A stretch of 37,143 nt of DNA from an uncultured Chloroflexota bacterium (GTDB lineage: Bacteria > Chloroflexota > Limnocylindria > P2-11E), in contig CAZMLV010000004.1 of the NCBI GenBank assembly GCA_964567235.1, positions 1-37,143 on the forward strand, given 5' to 3'. The notes beneath the pieces are model-generated. The model saw only the letters and a program-made list of their open reading frames with translations, was not told the DNA's origin and ran no database searches. This document shows, piece by piece, positions 8,291-17,309 of the stretch. Made by a program: the position numbers and the translations under genes. Each line of letters opens with the position of its first letter. The first letter of the stretch is position 1.

Positions 8291-9125
8291 GCTGCGGATG
8301 ACCGACGACCAGCTCGCTCTGGCCCTGACCGATGTCGGAGCGCGGATCGCGTGGCCCGCGGTCCCGGACCTGCGCGCGCGCGTGCTCGCGCGCATCAGCG
8401 CGCCGCGCAGGCCAGCGTGGTGGCGTGCGTTCTGGTCGCCGCGGTACGCGTTCGCGCCCGCGCTTGTGACGATCGCGCTCGCGCTCATCGCCGTGCTCGT
8501 GTTCTCGCCGCAGGCGCGCGCGACCGCGACCGACATCCTGCGCCTGCGCGGCGTCGAGCTCTTCCGCGGTCCGGTACCCAGCGTGACGCCGAGCCCGTCG
8601 CGCTCGCCCGGAGCGATCCAGACGCCGACCCCGCTGCCATCCGGTCTCGGCGTGCTCGTGTCGCTCGATGAGGCGAAGGCCCGCGCCGGGTACGCCGTCG
8701 TGCTGCCGACGGATCCGCTTCTCGGCACGCCCGATCAGGTGTACCTGCGCGCGACACCGACCTCCACAGCGGTCTCGTTCGTCTACACCGAGCGCGCGGG
8801 GATCCCGACGTCACCGCAGGCGGGCGTCGCCGCGATCGTCACCGAGTTCTCGGGCGGGACCGTCGACCAGCAGTTCTTCGGCAAGGTGATCGACCCGGGC
8901 ACCACGGTCGAGCAGGTCACGGTGAACGGCCAGCCCGGGTTCTGGATCCAGGGCACCCCGCACTTCTTCTTCTACCGCCCGAGCGCCAACCCCGGCGCGG
9001 TCGAGCAGGAGACCCTGCGCCTGGCCGGCAACACGCTCATCTGGACCCAGGGCAACCTGCTCATGCGCCTGGAGGCCCAGGTGGACAAGGCCACCGCCCT
9101 CCGGATCGCGGCCAGCGTTCGGTAG
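8283..9125 (+). CDS. putative membrane anti-sigma factor (single TM, DUF4367-like extracytoplasmic domain)
   Basis: Overlaps the sigma-factor stop by 8 nt. Has one TM helix (FAPALVTIALALIAVLVF). The C-terminal VNGQPGFWIQG...LIWTQGNLLMRLEA...ALRIAASV pattern resembles DUF4367. Confidence 0.65.
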   Translation: MRELRMTDDQLALALTDVGARIAWPAVPDLRARVLARISAPRRPAWWRAFWSPRYAFAPALVTIALALIAVLVFSPQARATATDILRLRGVELFRGPVPSVTPSPSRSPGAIQTPTPLPSGLGVLVSLDEAKARAGYAVVLPTDPLLGTPDQVYLRATPTSTAVSFVYTERAGIPTSPQAGVAAIVTEFSGGTVDQQFFGKVIDPGTTVEQVTVNGQPGFWIQGTPHFFFYRPSANPGAVEQETLRLAGNTLIWTQGNLLMRLEAQVDKATALRIAASVR

Positions 9126-9163
9126 GTAGGGAACCACGCCGGACCGCACGTTGTAGGGAGGGC

Positions 9164-10375
9164 ATGCGCCGGGTTTGCGTGCTTCTGGCGGTCGTGCTGC
9201 TCTCGGCGTGCGGCACGCTCAAGGAGGACACCTCCCAGGTCGCCTCGCAGCCCGCGCACGAGCTCCTCTATGTCGCCACGGCGACCGGCTTGTCGGTCGT
9301 CGACGCGACGACGGATTCGCTGGTCGCGGCGCTGCCGTTCGGGACGCTCCTGCCGGACCGCTCCCGGTACTGGACCGTCGATCCGGGCGATCGCACGACC
9401 GTCCGCGGCATCGATCCGGCGACCGGCGCCGACCAGACGTCATTCGTGCTCGACGGACGGTGGTCGGTGCCCGCGTCGTATGGCCCCGCGCCGAGCGGGA
9501 TCTCGGCCAATGGCAGGTGGATGGTCCTGGTCGCGCCGCCGCACGCGACCGGTACCGTGATGGTCAACCGGTTCGCGGTGGTAGATCTCGCCAACCAGCG
9601 GCTCGATCGCGTCGTGACGGCGAACGGCGACGTCGCCTTCGACGCGGTGAGCGACGACGGCCGCAATCTCTACCTCGTCGAGCACCTCGTGCCCGCGCCG
9701 CACTACGCCGTGCGCGTGGCGAGCTTCAACGGCGCGGGCCTCCAAGACGGTGTGCTCGGCCAGATCAAGACCGCCGAGCCAGAGGTCATGAACGGCCTCT
9801 ATCACGCGTCCGTCGCCGTGGGCGCCGACTGGTTCCTGAGCCTGTACTCGAACCCCGGACGCGGTCCGTTCATCCACGCGTTGAACACGACGCAGCTCTA
9901 CGCGCAGTGCATCCTCAACATGCCCGATGTGCCGGTCGCGTTGCGCCCGGCTTGGTCGATGCTCCTCGACCCGAAGCACTCGCGGCTCTATGCCGTGAAC
10001 GGCCCGGGCGGCGTCGTGAGCGAGATCGACACCTCGGCGCTGACCGTGCGGCGCTCGAATATCGAGCTCGCCGCGACCGCCGCGACCTTGACGACCGCGC
10101 CGCTCCATCCCGCGGCGCTGTCGCCGGACGGCACGCGGATCTACGCGGCGGCCGAGCATGGCGTGATCGTCATCTACACCGGTGACCTCTCGGTTCGGAC
10201 GCGGTACCTCACCGACCGGCTCGTCGACTCGGTCGCGCTCAGCGATGACGGTCAGCGGCTGTACGTGGCCTCGGGCGGCACGATCACGAAGGTCGAAGCC
10301 GCGACCGGCAGACCGCTTGGGACGCTCCGCTCCGCGCCCGTGGCGCTCGGCCTGTTGGCCGTCGGGAGCCGCTGA
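9164..10375 (+). CDS. lipoprotein with YVTN/beta-propeller-type repeats
   Basis: Signal peptide plus lipobox MRRVCVLLAVVLLSAC. Recurrent RLYAVNGPGG / RIYAAAEHG / RLYVASGG strand motifs. SD GGGAGGG lies upstream of the ATG. Confidence 0.7.
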   Translation: MRRVCVLLAVVLLSACGTLKEDTSQVASQPAHELLYVATATGLSVVDATTDSLVAALPFGTLLPDRSRYWTVDPGDRTTVRGIDPATGADQTSFVLDGRWSVPASYGPAPSGISANGRWMVLVAPPHATGTVMVNRFAVVDLANQRLDRVVTANGDVAFDAVSDDGRNLYLVEHLVPAPHYAVRVASFNGAGLQDGVLGQIKTAEPEVMNGLYHASVAVGADWFLSLYSNPGRGPFIHALNTTQLYAQCILNMPDVPVALRPAWSMLLDPKHSRLYAVNGPGGVVSEIDTSALTVRRSNIELAATAATLTTAPLHPAALSPDGTRIYAAAEHGVIVIYTGDLSVRTRYLTDRLVDSVALSDDGQRLYVASGGTITKVEAATGRPLGTLRSAPVALGLLAVGSR

Positions 10376-10381
10376 GCCACC

Positions 10382-10405
10382 CCGGAAGGACGGCGCCCCT
10401 TCCGG
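10382..10405 (+). terminator. GC hairpin after the lipoprotein gene
   Basis: CCGGAAGG (10382-10389) pairs perfectly with CCTTCCGG (10398-10405) across an 8-nt loop, 7 nt after the TGA at 10373-10375. There is no U-tract. Confidence 0.45.
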
Positions 10406-10908
10406 TGTTCGTGGTGGGGATGGATACGGTCGCGTTCGCCACCGCGCACGAGGTGTTCGAGGCGTACGTCGCCGAGGCCGAGGAATGCGAGTGCCCGGGG
10501 TGGTCGGTCCGCCTGGTTGCGGCCCACGTGATCGGGACCGACCGCCTGCTCACCGAGACGGCGGCGCGGATCCTGTTCGGGACCAAGCTCATGGACGGCA
10601 AGCCCGCGACCTACGACGCCGAGTTCCTCGGCAGCGACGCGTACCTGCGTGCCATCGCCGACAGCATCGGTGACCGGTGCGCGCTCGTGGACGAGCTTCG
10701 CCGCAGCCGGTCGGCACTCGTTGCGATCGTGTCCCAGCTCAGCGTGAGTGACGGGGCGACCGCGGTGCCGGCGCGCATCGTCGACGGCCGGCGCGTCCTG
10801 GTGGACGGGCCGGTCCCCTTCGTTGCGCTGCTGCAAACACACGCGGGCGTCCACATCCCGGCGCACGCCCTGGAAGTGGCCGAGCGAGCGTTCACCCGAT
10901 CGGCCTAG
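10405..10908 (+). CDS. hypothetical protein, DinB/MDMPI_N-like (mycothiol-dependent isomerase N-domain-like)
   Basis: Good GC3 bias. GWSVRLVAAHVIGTD resembles the DinB/MDMPI N-terminal helix motif. The start may be ATG 10420 rather than GTG 10405. Confidence 0.55.
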   Translation: MFVVGMDTVAFATAHEVFEAYVAEAEECECPGWSVRLVAAHVIGTDRLLTETAARILFGTKLMDGKPATYDAEFLGSDAYLRAIADSIGDRCALVDELRRSRSALVAIVSQLSVSDGATAVPARIVDGRRVLVDGPVPFVALLQTHAGVHIPAHALEVAERAFTRSA

Positions 10909-10947
10909 TTCATCTGACGAATTGACCGGCCACAGACACTGAGTGGG

Positions 10948-11802
10948 ATGTCTCCGCTGGATGGTGTGGTCGCGACCCCAAATGAGGACGAGCGGCGCGC
11001 GGATCTCGAGCGGCTGAAGGAGGGCGCCGCCCTTCTCTCGCAGCACGGGAACCGCGTCGCCGCGCTCGCCGTCCTCTGGACAGCCGTGGCCATGGATCCG
11101 GTCGATCAGAGCGTCCATCGCCGTCTCGCGGCTGCGCTCGCGAGTGGCGGCGACCTCGACGGTGCGGCCCAGGAGTATGTCCGCTACGTCGAGTTCCTCC
11201 TGCCTCGCGGCGAGCTCGAGCTCGCGACCGCCGAGCTCCATTACGCCGCTCAGACCCTCGGTCGCGTCCAGAAGCTCACGGATGCGGTGGTCCGGGTCAA
11301 GGCGCAGCTCGCCGAGCTTCTCGAGCAATCGCGCGAGCGGGTCGAGCCCATCGCGGAACCGACGGCCGAGCGGCACGATGACGTGCAGCCCTGGACCGGG
11401 CCGGCCGACCCGAAGGTCGTACAGCTGCCGGTCGCGCACCAGACCCGCGTCGTCTTCCACACGTGCCTGCACGACGACGGCGAGGCTGCGTGGCTGCAGC
11501 TCGAAGGCGGCACCGAGGAGGTCGTTCCGGACAAGGTGCGGCTGATGTTCCGCGATGAGATCCTGGAGACCCGCCGGTGCATCCTGATGCCCGCCGGCCG
11601 CAAGAGCCACGCCCGCCCGGATGGCGACAGCAAGGTGTGGGTCGTTCTGCGCGCGCCGGAAGAGATGCTTCGCGCGATTGACCGCGACGAAGGTGACGGC
11701 TACCGCGTCGAGGCGCTCGTGAAGGGCGAATGGCTCGCCGTCGATCTCGAGGACACCGGCTGCCGCTTCGGCATGAAGCGTCGGGAGACCCGCTCCGCCT
11801 AG
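10948..11802 (+). CDS. hypothetical protein (TPR-like helical N-terminus, unknown C-terminal domain)
   Basis: 284 aa with consistent GC3 bias. The N-terminal helical repeats look TPR-like (AALAVLWTAVAMDP...GDLDGAAQEYVRYVEFLL). The antisense 452-aa ORF is rejected. Confidence 0.6.
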   Translation: MSPLDGVVATPNEDERRADLERLKEGAALLSQHGNRVAALAVLWTAVAMDPVDQSVHRRLAAALASGGDLDGAAQEYVRYVEFLLPRGELELATAELHYAAQTLGRVQKLTDAVVRVKAQLAELLEQSRERVEPIAEPTAERHDDVQPWTGPADPKVVQLPVAHQTRVVFHTCLHDDGEAAWLQLEGGTEEVVPDKVRLMFRDEILETRRCILMPAGRKSHARPDGDSKVWVVLRAPEEMLRAIDRDEGDGYRVEALVKGEWLAVDLEDTGCRFGMKRRETRSA

Positions 11803-11817
11803 CGGCGATCAGTCGAG

Positions 11818-11891
11818 TCGGGGTGGAGAGACTTGAACTCTCGACCTCTGAGTCCCGAACCCAGCGCGCTACCAAACTGCGCTACACCCCG
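11818..11891 (-). tRNA. tRNA-Pro (anticodon CGG)
   Basis: The reverse complement folds as a cloverleaf: CGGGGTG-TA-GCGC-AGTTTGGTA-GCGC-G-CTGGG-TTCGGGA-CTCAG-AGGTC-GAGAG-TTCAAGT-CTCTC-CACCCCG-A. It is 74 nt and CCA is not encoded. Confidence 0.92.
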
Positions 11892-11948
11892 TGCGGAGCG
11901 CTCAGTCTAGCCGACACGACCTGATGCGGTGCGCGACACTCCAGCGCG

Positions 11949-12449
11949 ATGAGCGTCGACCAGATCGTCTTCACCGCGGCCGGCGCGGTCTGCATCGCCG
12001 GAGCCGTCACCGCGGTCGCCCATCGCGATGCGCGCACGGCAGGCGTCGCGCTCGCCGGCACGCTCCTCGCGCTCGCGGTCCTCTACGCCGGGCTCGCCGC
12101 GCCGGCGGTCGCTGGGGCGGTGATCGTCGTCGCGTTGTTCTCGACGCTGCCGTTCGTCGTGCACCTGACGGTGCCGGCATCGCGCAGCAACGCGACCGAT
12201 GGCCCGCGCGTGACCGGAGCCGCGCTCGTGCTTGGTGCGGCGGTGCTCGCGCTCCTGGCCGTCGCCATCGTCTTCGGCGAGGTCCCGGTGAACGTCTCGG
12301 TGCGGTCGGCTGACGCCTACGACCTCGCCGCGCTCGGGGATCTGCTCGCCGGCCGCGCCGCGGTCGCGGCCGGCGGATCACTCGTCGTCCTTCTCGCCGC
12401 GCTGGTCGCAGCGCGGGCCGCCCGCCGCGGCCGGTCGTTGTGGCGGTGA
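11949..12449 (+). CDS. nuoJ: NADH-quinone oxidoreductase subunit J-like
   Basis: 166 aa hydrophobic protein at the head of a K-L-M-N run. The N-terminal FTAAGAVCIAGAVTAV helix pattern is typical of NuoJ. Confidence 0.8.
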   Translation: MSVDQIVFTAAGAVCIAGAVTAVAHRDARTAGVALAGTLLALAVLYAGLAAPAVAGAVIVVALFSTLPFVVHLTVPASRSNATDGPRVTGAALVLGAAVLALLAVAIVFGEVPVNVSVRSADAYDLAALGDLLAGRAAVAAGGSLVVLLAALVAARAARRGRSLWR

Positions 12450-12706
12450 CCACGGCCGCATACCTGGCACTCGGTGCGGTGCTGTTCGCGGTCGGCGCGG
12501 TGGGCGCGGTGGTCCGAGCATCGGCGGTCGGACGCCTCGTCGGCGTCGAGCTCATGGTCGCCGCCGCGACGCTCACGTTCGCGGCCGCGGGCGTGGGATT
12601 CCGAGAGCTCGACGGTCAGATCGCCGCGATCCTCGCGATCGTCGTCACCGCGGCGCAGGCGATCGTCGGATACGCGCTCGTCTCCGGCATCCGGCGGCCC
12701 GAGTGA
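12440..12706 (+). CDS. nuoK: NADH-quinone oxidoreductase subunit K-like
   Basis: 88 aa with three TM helices and the conserved GVELMVAAA glutamate. Overlaps nuoJ by 10 nt. Confidence 0.85.
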   Translation: MAVTTAAYLALGAVLFAVGAVGAVVRASAVGRLVGVELMVAAATLTFAAAGVGFRELDGQIAAILAIVVTAAQAIVGYALVSGIRRPE

Positions 12707-14505
12707 CCCTCGCGATGGTGGTCGCGATCCCGCTCGCGAATGCGGTCGCGATCGCGGTGGTCGGCGGCCGGCTGGGCCGGCGAACGCTGGGCATCGTCAC
12801 GACGGTCGCGCTGGTCCTGTCGTTCGGCGCCGGCGCGTCGATGATCGCGACGCTGCGTGATCGCCCGACGGTCGACGCGTTCATCGCGACCTGGCTGCCG
12901 CTGCCCGGCGCCGACCTGGCACTCACCGTCGACAGCGCGATGCTCGCGGTCGCGCTCGCGCTCTCCGGCGTCTCGGCGCTCATCGCGCTCTACTCGATCG
13001 GCTATCTCGCGCGCGATCGCGGGCTGCAGCGGTACTTCTCCGCGCTCTCGCTCCTCGTCGCCGGGATGCTGCTGGTGACGCTCGGCGCGAACCTCCTGCT
13101 CGTCGTCGCGGGGTGGGAGCTCGCCGGTGCCGCGGCGTACCTGCTGGTGGGGCATCACCGTGAGCACACCGCCGCGGCGGCGGCCGCGTCGCAGCTGTTC
13201 GTGATCGACCGGATCGGGGACGCGGCGCTCGTCGCGGGCACGCTGCTACTGGTCACCGAGTTCCACACCGTGGACCTCGCTCAGCTCAGCGGAGTCGCGC
13301 TCGAACACGGGAGCACCATCGGCGGCGCGCCGGTCATCGCGAGCGTTCTCCTGCTGATCGGCGCGCTCGCAAAGTCCGCTCAGGCGCCGCTCCACGGGTG
13401 GCTTCCGGATGCGACCGAAGCGACCACGCCGGTGTCCGCGCTCCTGCAGACGGTGGCGGTGACTGGCGGGGTCGTGCTGCTCATGCGGCTGCGCTCCGTC
13501 CTCGTGCCTGACGTGCTGCAAGCCGCGGCGATCATCGGTGGGCTCACCGCGTTCGGGGCAGCGCTCGTCGCGGTCGGGGAGCGCGACGTGCGCCGGGTGC
13601 TGGCGTGGTCGACGATCTCGCAGGTCGGGCTCATGTTCGTTGCCGCGGGCCTGGGCGCGCTGTTCGCGGCGCGGTTCCAGCTCATCGCGCACGCCGTGGT
13701 CAAGGCCGTGCTCGTGCTCGGTGCCGGCTCGGTGCGCCGCGCGACCGGCGATGAATCGGACCTCGCGCGACGCGGTGGGATCGGCTGGCGGATGCGTTGG
13801 ACCGCCGGCGCCTTCGGCATCGGCACCCTGGCACTCATCGGGATCCCGCCCGCCGCGGGCTTCTTCGGCATCGCCGCGATCGTGAGCGCCGCGTTCTCGG
13901 AGGGCGACGCGCTCCTCACCGCGCTCGTGCTGCTGGCCGTCGCGGCGTCTGCGTTCGCGGGTGTGCGCCTCTTCGCGCTCATGTTCGCGGCGCCGCCGGC
14001 GGCGGTGCGGGCGACCGATGCGCCCCGCCGGCTGCAGGACGTGTCGCTGGTCCTGCTCGCGTTCGGTGCGCTCGCGTTCGGCGCCGCGGTGAGCGCCGGG
14101 CTCCTGCCGATCGGCAGCGGGCCCGCGGACGAGGCCCCGGTGTGGCTGCTCGGCGCGACGTTCGCCGTCGTGCTCGCGCCGTCGATCGCCGCGTGGCTCG
14201 GGTACCGCCATGGGCTTCCGGCCGCGGCGCGCATCGAGCGCGCCATGCGCTGGGCCCGCGGCGGCCTTGGCCTCGACGCGCTCTATGCCCGCGCCGTCGC
14301 GGATCCGTTCCGCGCCGTCGCCCGCGAGCTCGACGAGGGCGCCGAGCGCGCGAACGACCGGGCTGTCGGCGGCCTCGGCACCCTCGCACATCGCGCGTCG
14401 AACGTGATGGGCGGCGTGAGCCGCGCGAGCGCGCGGGCCGAACAGGCCTTCCTGCTCGCGGGGGCCGTCGTGCTGCTCGCGTTCTGGACGTGGAGCGCTC
14501 GGTGA
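12703..14505 (+). CDS. nuoL: NADH-quinone oxidoreductase subunit L-like (antiporter-like)
   Basis: 600 aa. Shows AGWELAGAAAYLLVGH, AKSAQAPLHGWLPDA, HAVVKAVLVLGAGS, and a C-terminal amphipathic segment plus a final TM helix. GTGA overlap with nuoK. Confidence 0.9.
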   Translation: MTLAMVVAIPLANAVAIAVVGGRLGRRTLGIVTTVALVLSFGAGASMIATLRDRPTVDAFIATWLPLPGADLALTVDSAMLAVALALSGVSALIALYSIGYLARDRGLQRYFSALSLLVAGMLLVTLGANLLLVVAGWELAGAAAYLLVGHHREHTAAAAAASQLFVIDRIGDAALVAGTLLLVTEFHTVDLAQLSGVALEHGSTIGGAPVIASVLLLIGALAKSAQAPLHGWLPDATEATTPVSALLQTVAVTGGVVLLMRLRSVLVPDVLQAAAIIGGLTAFGAALVAVGERDVRRVLAWSTISQVGLMFVAAGLGALFAARFQLIAHAVVKAVLVLGAGSVRRATGDESDLARRGGIGWRMRWTAGAFGIGTLALIGIPPAAGFFGIAAIVSAAFSEGDALLTALVLLAVAASAFAGVRLFALMFAAPPAAVRATDAPRRLQDVSLVLLAFGALAFGAAVSAGLLPIGSGPADEAPVWLLGATFAVVLAPSIAAWLGYRHGLPAAARIERAMRWARGGLGLDALYARAVADPFRAVARELDEGAERANDRAVGGLGTLAHRASNVMGGVSRASARAEQAFLLAGAVVLLAFWTWSAR

Positions 14506-15911
14506 TGGTCCAGGTCGTCGTGCTCATCCCGCTCGTCGTTGCGGTCGCGTGCGCGCTGCCCATCGGGAGCCTCGCGCGCGTCCTCGCGGTGCTGTCCGGC
14601 CTGCTGACCGCAGGTTGCGTGGCCGCCGCGGTGTGGCTGGGCGTCGGGGGCGGGCCGGTCGACCTCTACTACTGGGCGAGGCCGCTCGGCGCGCAGCTCG
14701 CAGTCGGTTGGGACGGCTGGTCCGCGGCGATGCTCCTGTTGAGCGGCGTCCTGTTCGCCGCAGGTGCGGCCGCGTCCGGCGGCATCGTCCGCCCGCGGGC
14801 GTACTTCGCCCTCTGGTCGCTCCTGCAAACGGCCGTCGCCGGCGTGTTCGTGTCGCGCGACCTCCTGCTCTTCTTCGCGGCGCACGAAGCGCTGCTCGTG
14901 CCGCTCGCGCTCCTCCTGTGGGGCTGGGGCGGCGCGGACCGCCGCGCCGCCACCCGGCGGCTCGCGGTCATGTGGCTGGCTGGCAGCGCCCTTCTGTTGA
15001 CCGGGATCCTGGCGCTCGGGGTGGGGGCGCACACGTTCTCGTTCGCGACGCTCGCCGGATACCGCCTCGCCGAGGCGAGTCAGGTCCTCCTCGCGCTGCT
15101 GTTCCTCTCGGCGTTCGCGATGCGTTTGCCGCTCTTCCCATTCCACGCGTGGGTCGCGCGAACCTACGTTGCTGCACCTGCTCCGGTCGCGATCGTGCTC
15201 GGGGGCGTGCTCTCGAAGACCGCCGTGTACGCGATCGCGCGTATCTGCCTGCCGCTCTTCCCGCGCGGGATGGCCGATCTGGAGCCGTACCTCCTCGCGC
15301 TGGCGACGGTCGGAGCGCTGTACGGCGCGATCCTCGCGACCCGGCAGCGGGACACCCGACGGGTCATCGTCTACGCGGGCCTCGCCGAGATCGATCTCAT
15401 CGCGGTCGGCGTGTTCCTCGCGACTCCCGGCGGTCTCGAGGGCGCATTGATCGCGAGCATCTCGCATGGTCTCGTCGTCGCGATCCTCGTTCTGCTCGGC
15501 GCCGCGCTCGCGCGGCGGATCGGCTCGTTCGGCTTCGGCCCAGGTGGCTTGGGGGCACGCGCTCCGGTCCTCATGGCGCTGTTCGTTCTCGCGATCCTCG
15601 GTCTGATCGGTGTTCCCGGCACGAGCGGCGCACCGGGCCAGCTGTCGATCCTCGCCGCCGCATTCGCGGTCTCACCGGGCATCGGGCTGATCGCGTCGCT
15701 GGTGCCGGTCGTCATCGCGGTGAGTGGCGCCGGCGTGCTGCGCGCGGTGTTCTTCGGACCTCCGGCGGTGGGCGGTCTCGATCTCGGCTGGCGCGAGCGC
15801 GGGCTCGTCGTCGCGCTGATCGCGCTCGCCGTCGTGATCGGCGTCGTGCCGCGCTCCGTCGGCGATCTTGCGGGCCGAACGGGACCAGCGCTCTCCGAGC
15901 TGCGGCAGTGA
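14502..15911 (+). CDS. nuoM: NADH-quinone oxidoreductase subunit M-like (antiporter-like)
   Basis: This is the C-terminal 469 codons of track ORF 13797..15911. GTG 14502 forms a GTGA overlap with the nuoL stop. Shows FFAAHEALLVPL and PLFPFHAWV. The upstream part of the ORF is an Arg-rich out-of-frame artefact over nuoL. Confidence 0.85.
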   Translation: MMVQVVVLIPLVVAVACALPIGSLARVLAVLSGLLTAGCVAAAVWLGVGGGPVDLYYWARPLGAQLAVGWDGWSAAMLLLSGVLFAAGAAASGGIVRPRAYFALWSLLQTAVAGVFVSRDLLLFFAAHEALLVPLALLLWGWGGADRRAATRRLAVMWLAGSALLLTGILALGVGAHTFSFATLAGYRLAEASQVLLALLFLSAFAMRLPLFPFHAWVARTYVAAPAPVAIVLGGVLSKTAVYAIARICLPLFPRGMADLEPYLLALATVGALYGAILATRQRDTRRVIVYAGLAEIDLIAVGVFLATPGGLEGALIASISHGLVVAILVLLGAALARRIGSFGFGPGGLGARAPVLMALFVLAILGLIGVPGTSGAPGQLSILAAAFAVSPGIGLIASLVPVVIAVSGAGVLRAVFFGPPAVGGLDLGWRERGLVVALIALAVVIGVVPRSVGDLAGRTGPALSELRQ

Positions 15912-17236
15912 GCGCGGCCGAGCTCGGCGCGCTCGTTCCGGCGCTCGCCCTCGCCGGGAGCGCGGCGCTCGCCACGCTCCTCGCGATCCCGCGGCGGACC
16001 GGCCCGCGGGCGCTCGCCTGGCTCGGCGCGCTCGCAGCTGCGGCGGTGGCCGGCGTGGCGCTCGCGAACGGCACCGGAGCCGCATCGCCGACCGTCGCCC
16101 GCGATGGCGCGAGTGCGTTCTTCGTCGTCCTCGTCGCGATCGTCACAGCGGTGTCGTGCGTGCTCGCTGCGGCGGATCCGCGACGGATCGTCCGCTCGAA
16201 GGACGAGACCGCGCTCGCGCTGATCGCGGCGTGCGGCGCGGTCGTCGTCGTGTCGGCCGTCGACCTGCTGGTCTTGTTCGTCGGGCTCGCGCTGCTGACG
16301 ATCCCGCTCTACGTGCTCACGGGCCGCACCGCGTTGGCGGGGGATGAGGGCGCGGTGCGGCATTTCCTCCTCGGGGCGACGAGCTCGGCCGTCGCGCTTT
16401 ACGGGATGGCGCTGCTGTACGCGGCGACGGGCGAGACCGGGTACGCCGGTCTCGGCCGCGCGACCCACAACCCTCTCTACCTCGCCGGGCTGGCGCTCAC
16501 GCTCGCGGGCCTCGTGTCGCATGTCGCGACCGCATCGGCCCGGCGATGGTCGATCGTGATCAACGTTGCGGTCAGTGGCGCGCTGGTGCGGCTCGTCGCG
16601 GCCACCGCGAGCGGCGAGATCGGGCTCGACTGGCAGGTCTCATTCGCGACGCTCGCGGGGGTCGCGCTCGTCGTGCCGGGCGTCGCCGCCGTCGCGGAGC
16701 GCCGCGTGCGCCGCATCGTCGGGTACGCGACGATCACACAGCTCGGCTTCGTCGCCGTGGCCGTCGCAAGCGCCGCCCTGCCCGCGGCCGCGTTCGCGCT
16801 CGTTGCGTACTGCGCGACGGCACTCGGCCTCTTCGCCGTGATCGCGATCCTGCCGCAACGCGAACCGGTGCTCGAGGATCTTGCCGGGCTCGCGCGGCGG
16901 CGGCCGGTCGTCGTGCTCGCACTGGCCCTCCTCGCGTTCGGGATCGCCGGCGTTCCACCGACCGTCGGTTTCCTCGCGAAGGTCGACGTCCTCGAGGCGG
17001 CGGTCCGCGCGCAGCTCCTCTGGCTCGTGGTTCTCGGCGCGCTCGCGAGCGTGGGGACCGCCGTGGCGTGCGCCAGGCTGGTCCTCGCATGCTTTGCCGC
17101 GCCACCGCTCGACGCGGTCGCGCCGTCGCGCATGCGCGCGGGCACCGTCGTCGCGCTGGTCCTCGCGATCGCCGTCCTGGCCGCCGGCCTCGCGCCCGGG
17201 CCGCTCCTCGACGCGGTGCAGGCGGTCCACTTCTAG
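15908..17236 (+). CDS. nuoN: NADH-quinone oxidoreductase subunit N-like (antiporter-like, divergent)
   Basis: This is the C-terminal 442 codons of track ORF 14549..17236. GTG 15908 forms a GTGA overlap with the nuoM stop. Shows LLVLFVGLALLTIPLY, GYATITQLGF and GVPPTVGFLAKV. Confidence 0.8.
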   Translation: MSAAELGALVPALALAGSAALATLLAIPRRTGPRALAWLGALAAAAVAGVALANGTGAASPTVARDGASAFFVVLVAIVTAVSCVLAAADPRRIVRSKDETALALIAACGAVVVVSAVDLLVLFVGLALLTIPLYVLTGRTALAGDEGAVRHFLLGATSSAVALYGMALLYAATGETGYAGLGRATHNPLYLAGLALTLAGLVSHVATASARRWSIVINVAVSGALVRLVAATASGEIGLDWQVSFATLAGVALVVPGVAAVAERRVRRIVGYATITQLGFVAVAVASAALPAAAFALVAYCATALGLFAVIAILPQREPVLEDLAGLARRRPVVVLALALLAFGIAGVPPTVGFLAKVDVLEAAVRAQLLWLVVLGALASVGTAVACARLVLACFAAPPLDAVAPSRMRAGTVVALVLAIAVLAAGLAPGPLLDAVQAVHF

Positions 17237-17309
17237 CGCCGGAACCGAATGCCGCCGCCTGCTGTACGGCTGACGTGACAGGCCATCGCGGCGACCGTTA
17301 TCCCCGGCG

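Noticed and set aside
10252-11610. 452-aa minus-strand ORF across the two hypothetical + genes
   Set aside because: The + strand frames show the genome-typical G/C third-position bias and sensible starts and stops. The minus ORF is Arg/Leu/Glu/Asp-rich with no recognisable domain and overlaps the lipoprotein gene end.
13797-15907. N-terminal extensions of track ORFs 13797..15911 and 14549..17236, which would make nuoM 704 aa and nuoN 895 aa
   Set aside because: The extensions are Arg/Gly/Pro-rich out-of-frame read-throughs over nuoL and nuoM. The hydrophobic Nuo-like sequence begins exactly at the GTGA overlaps (14502 and 15908).
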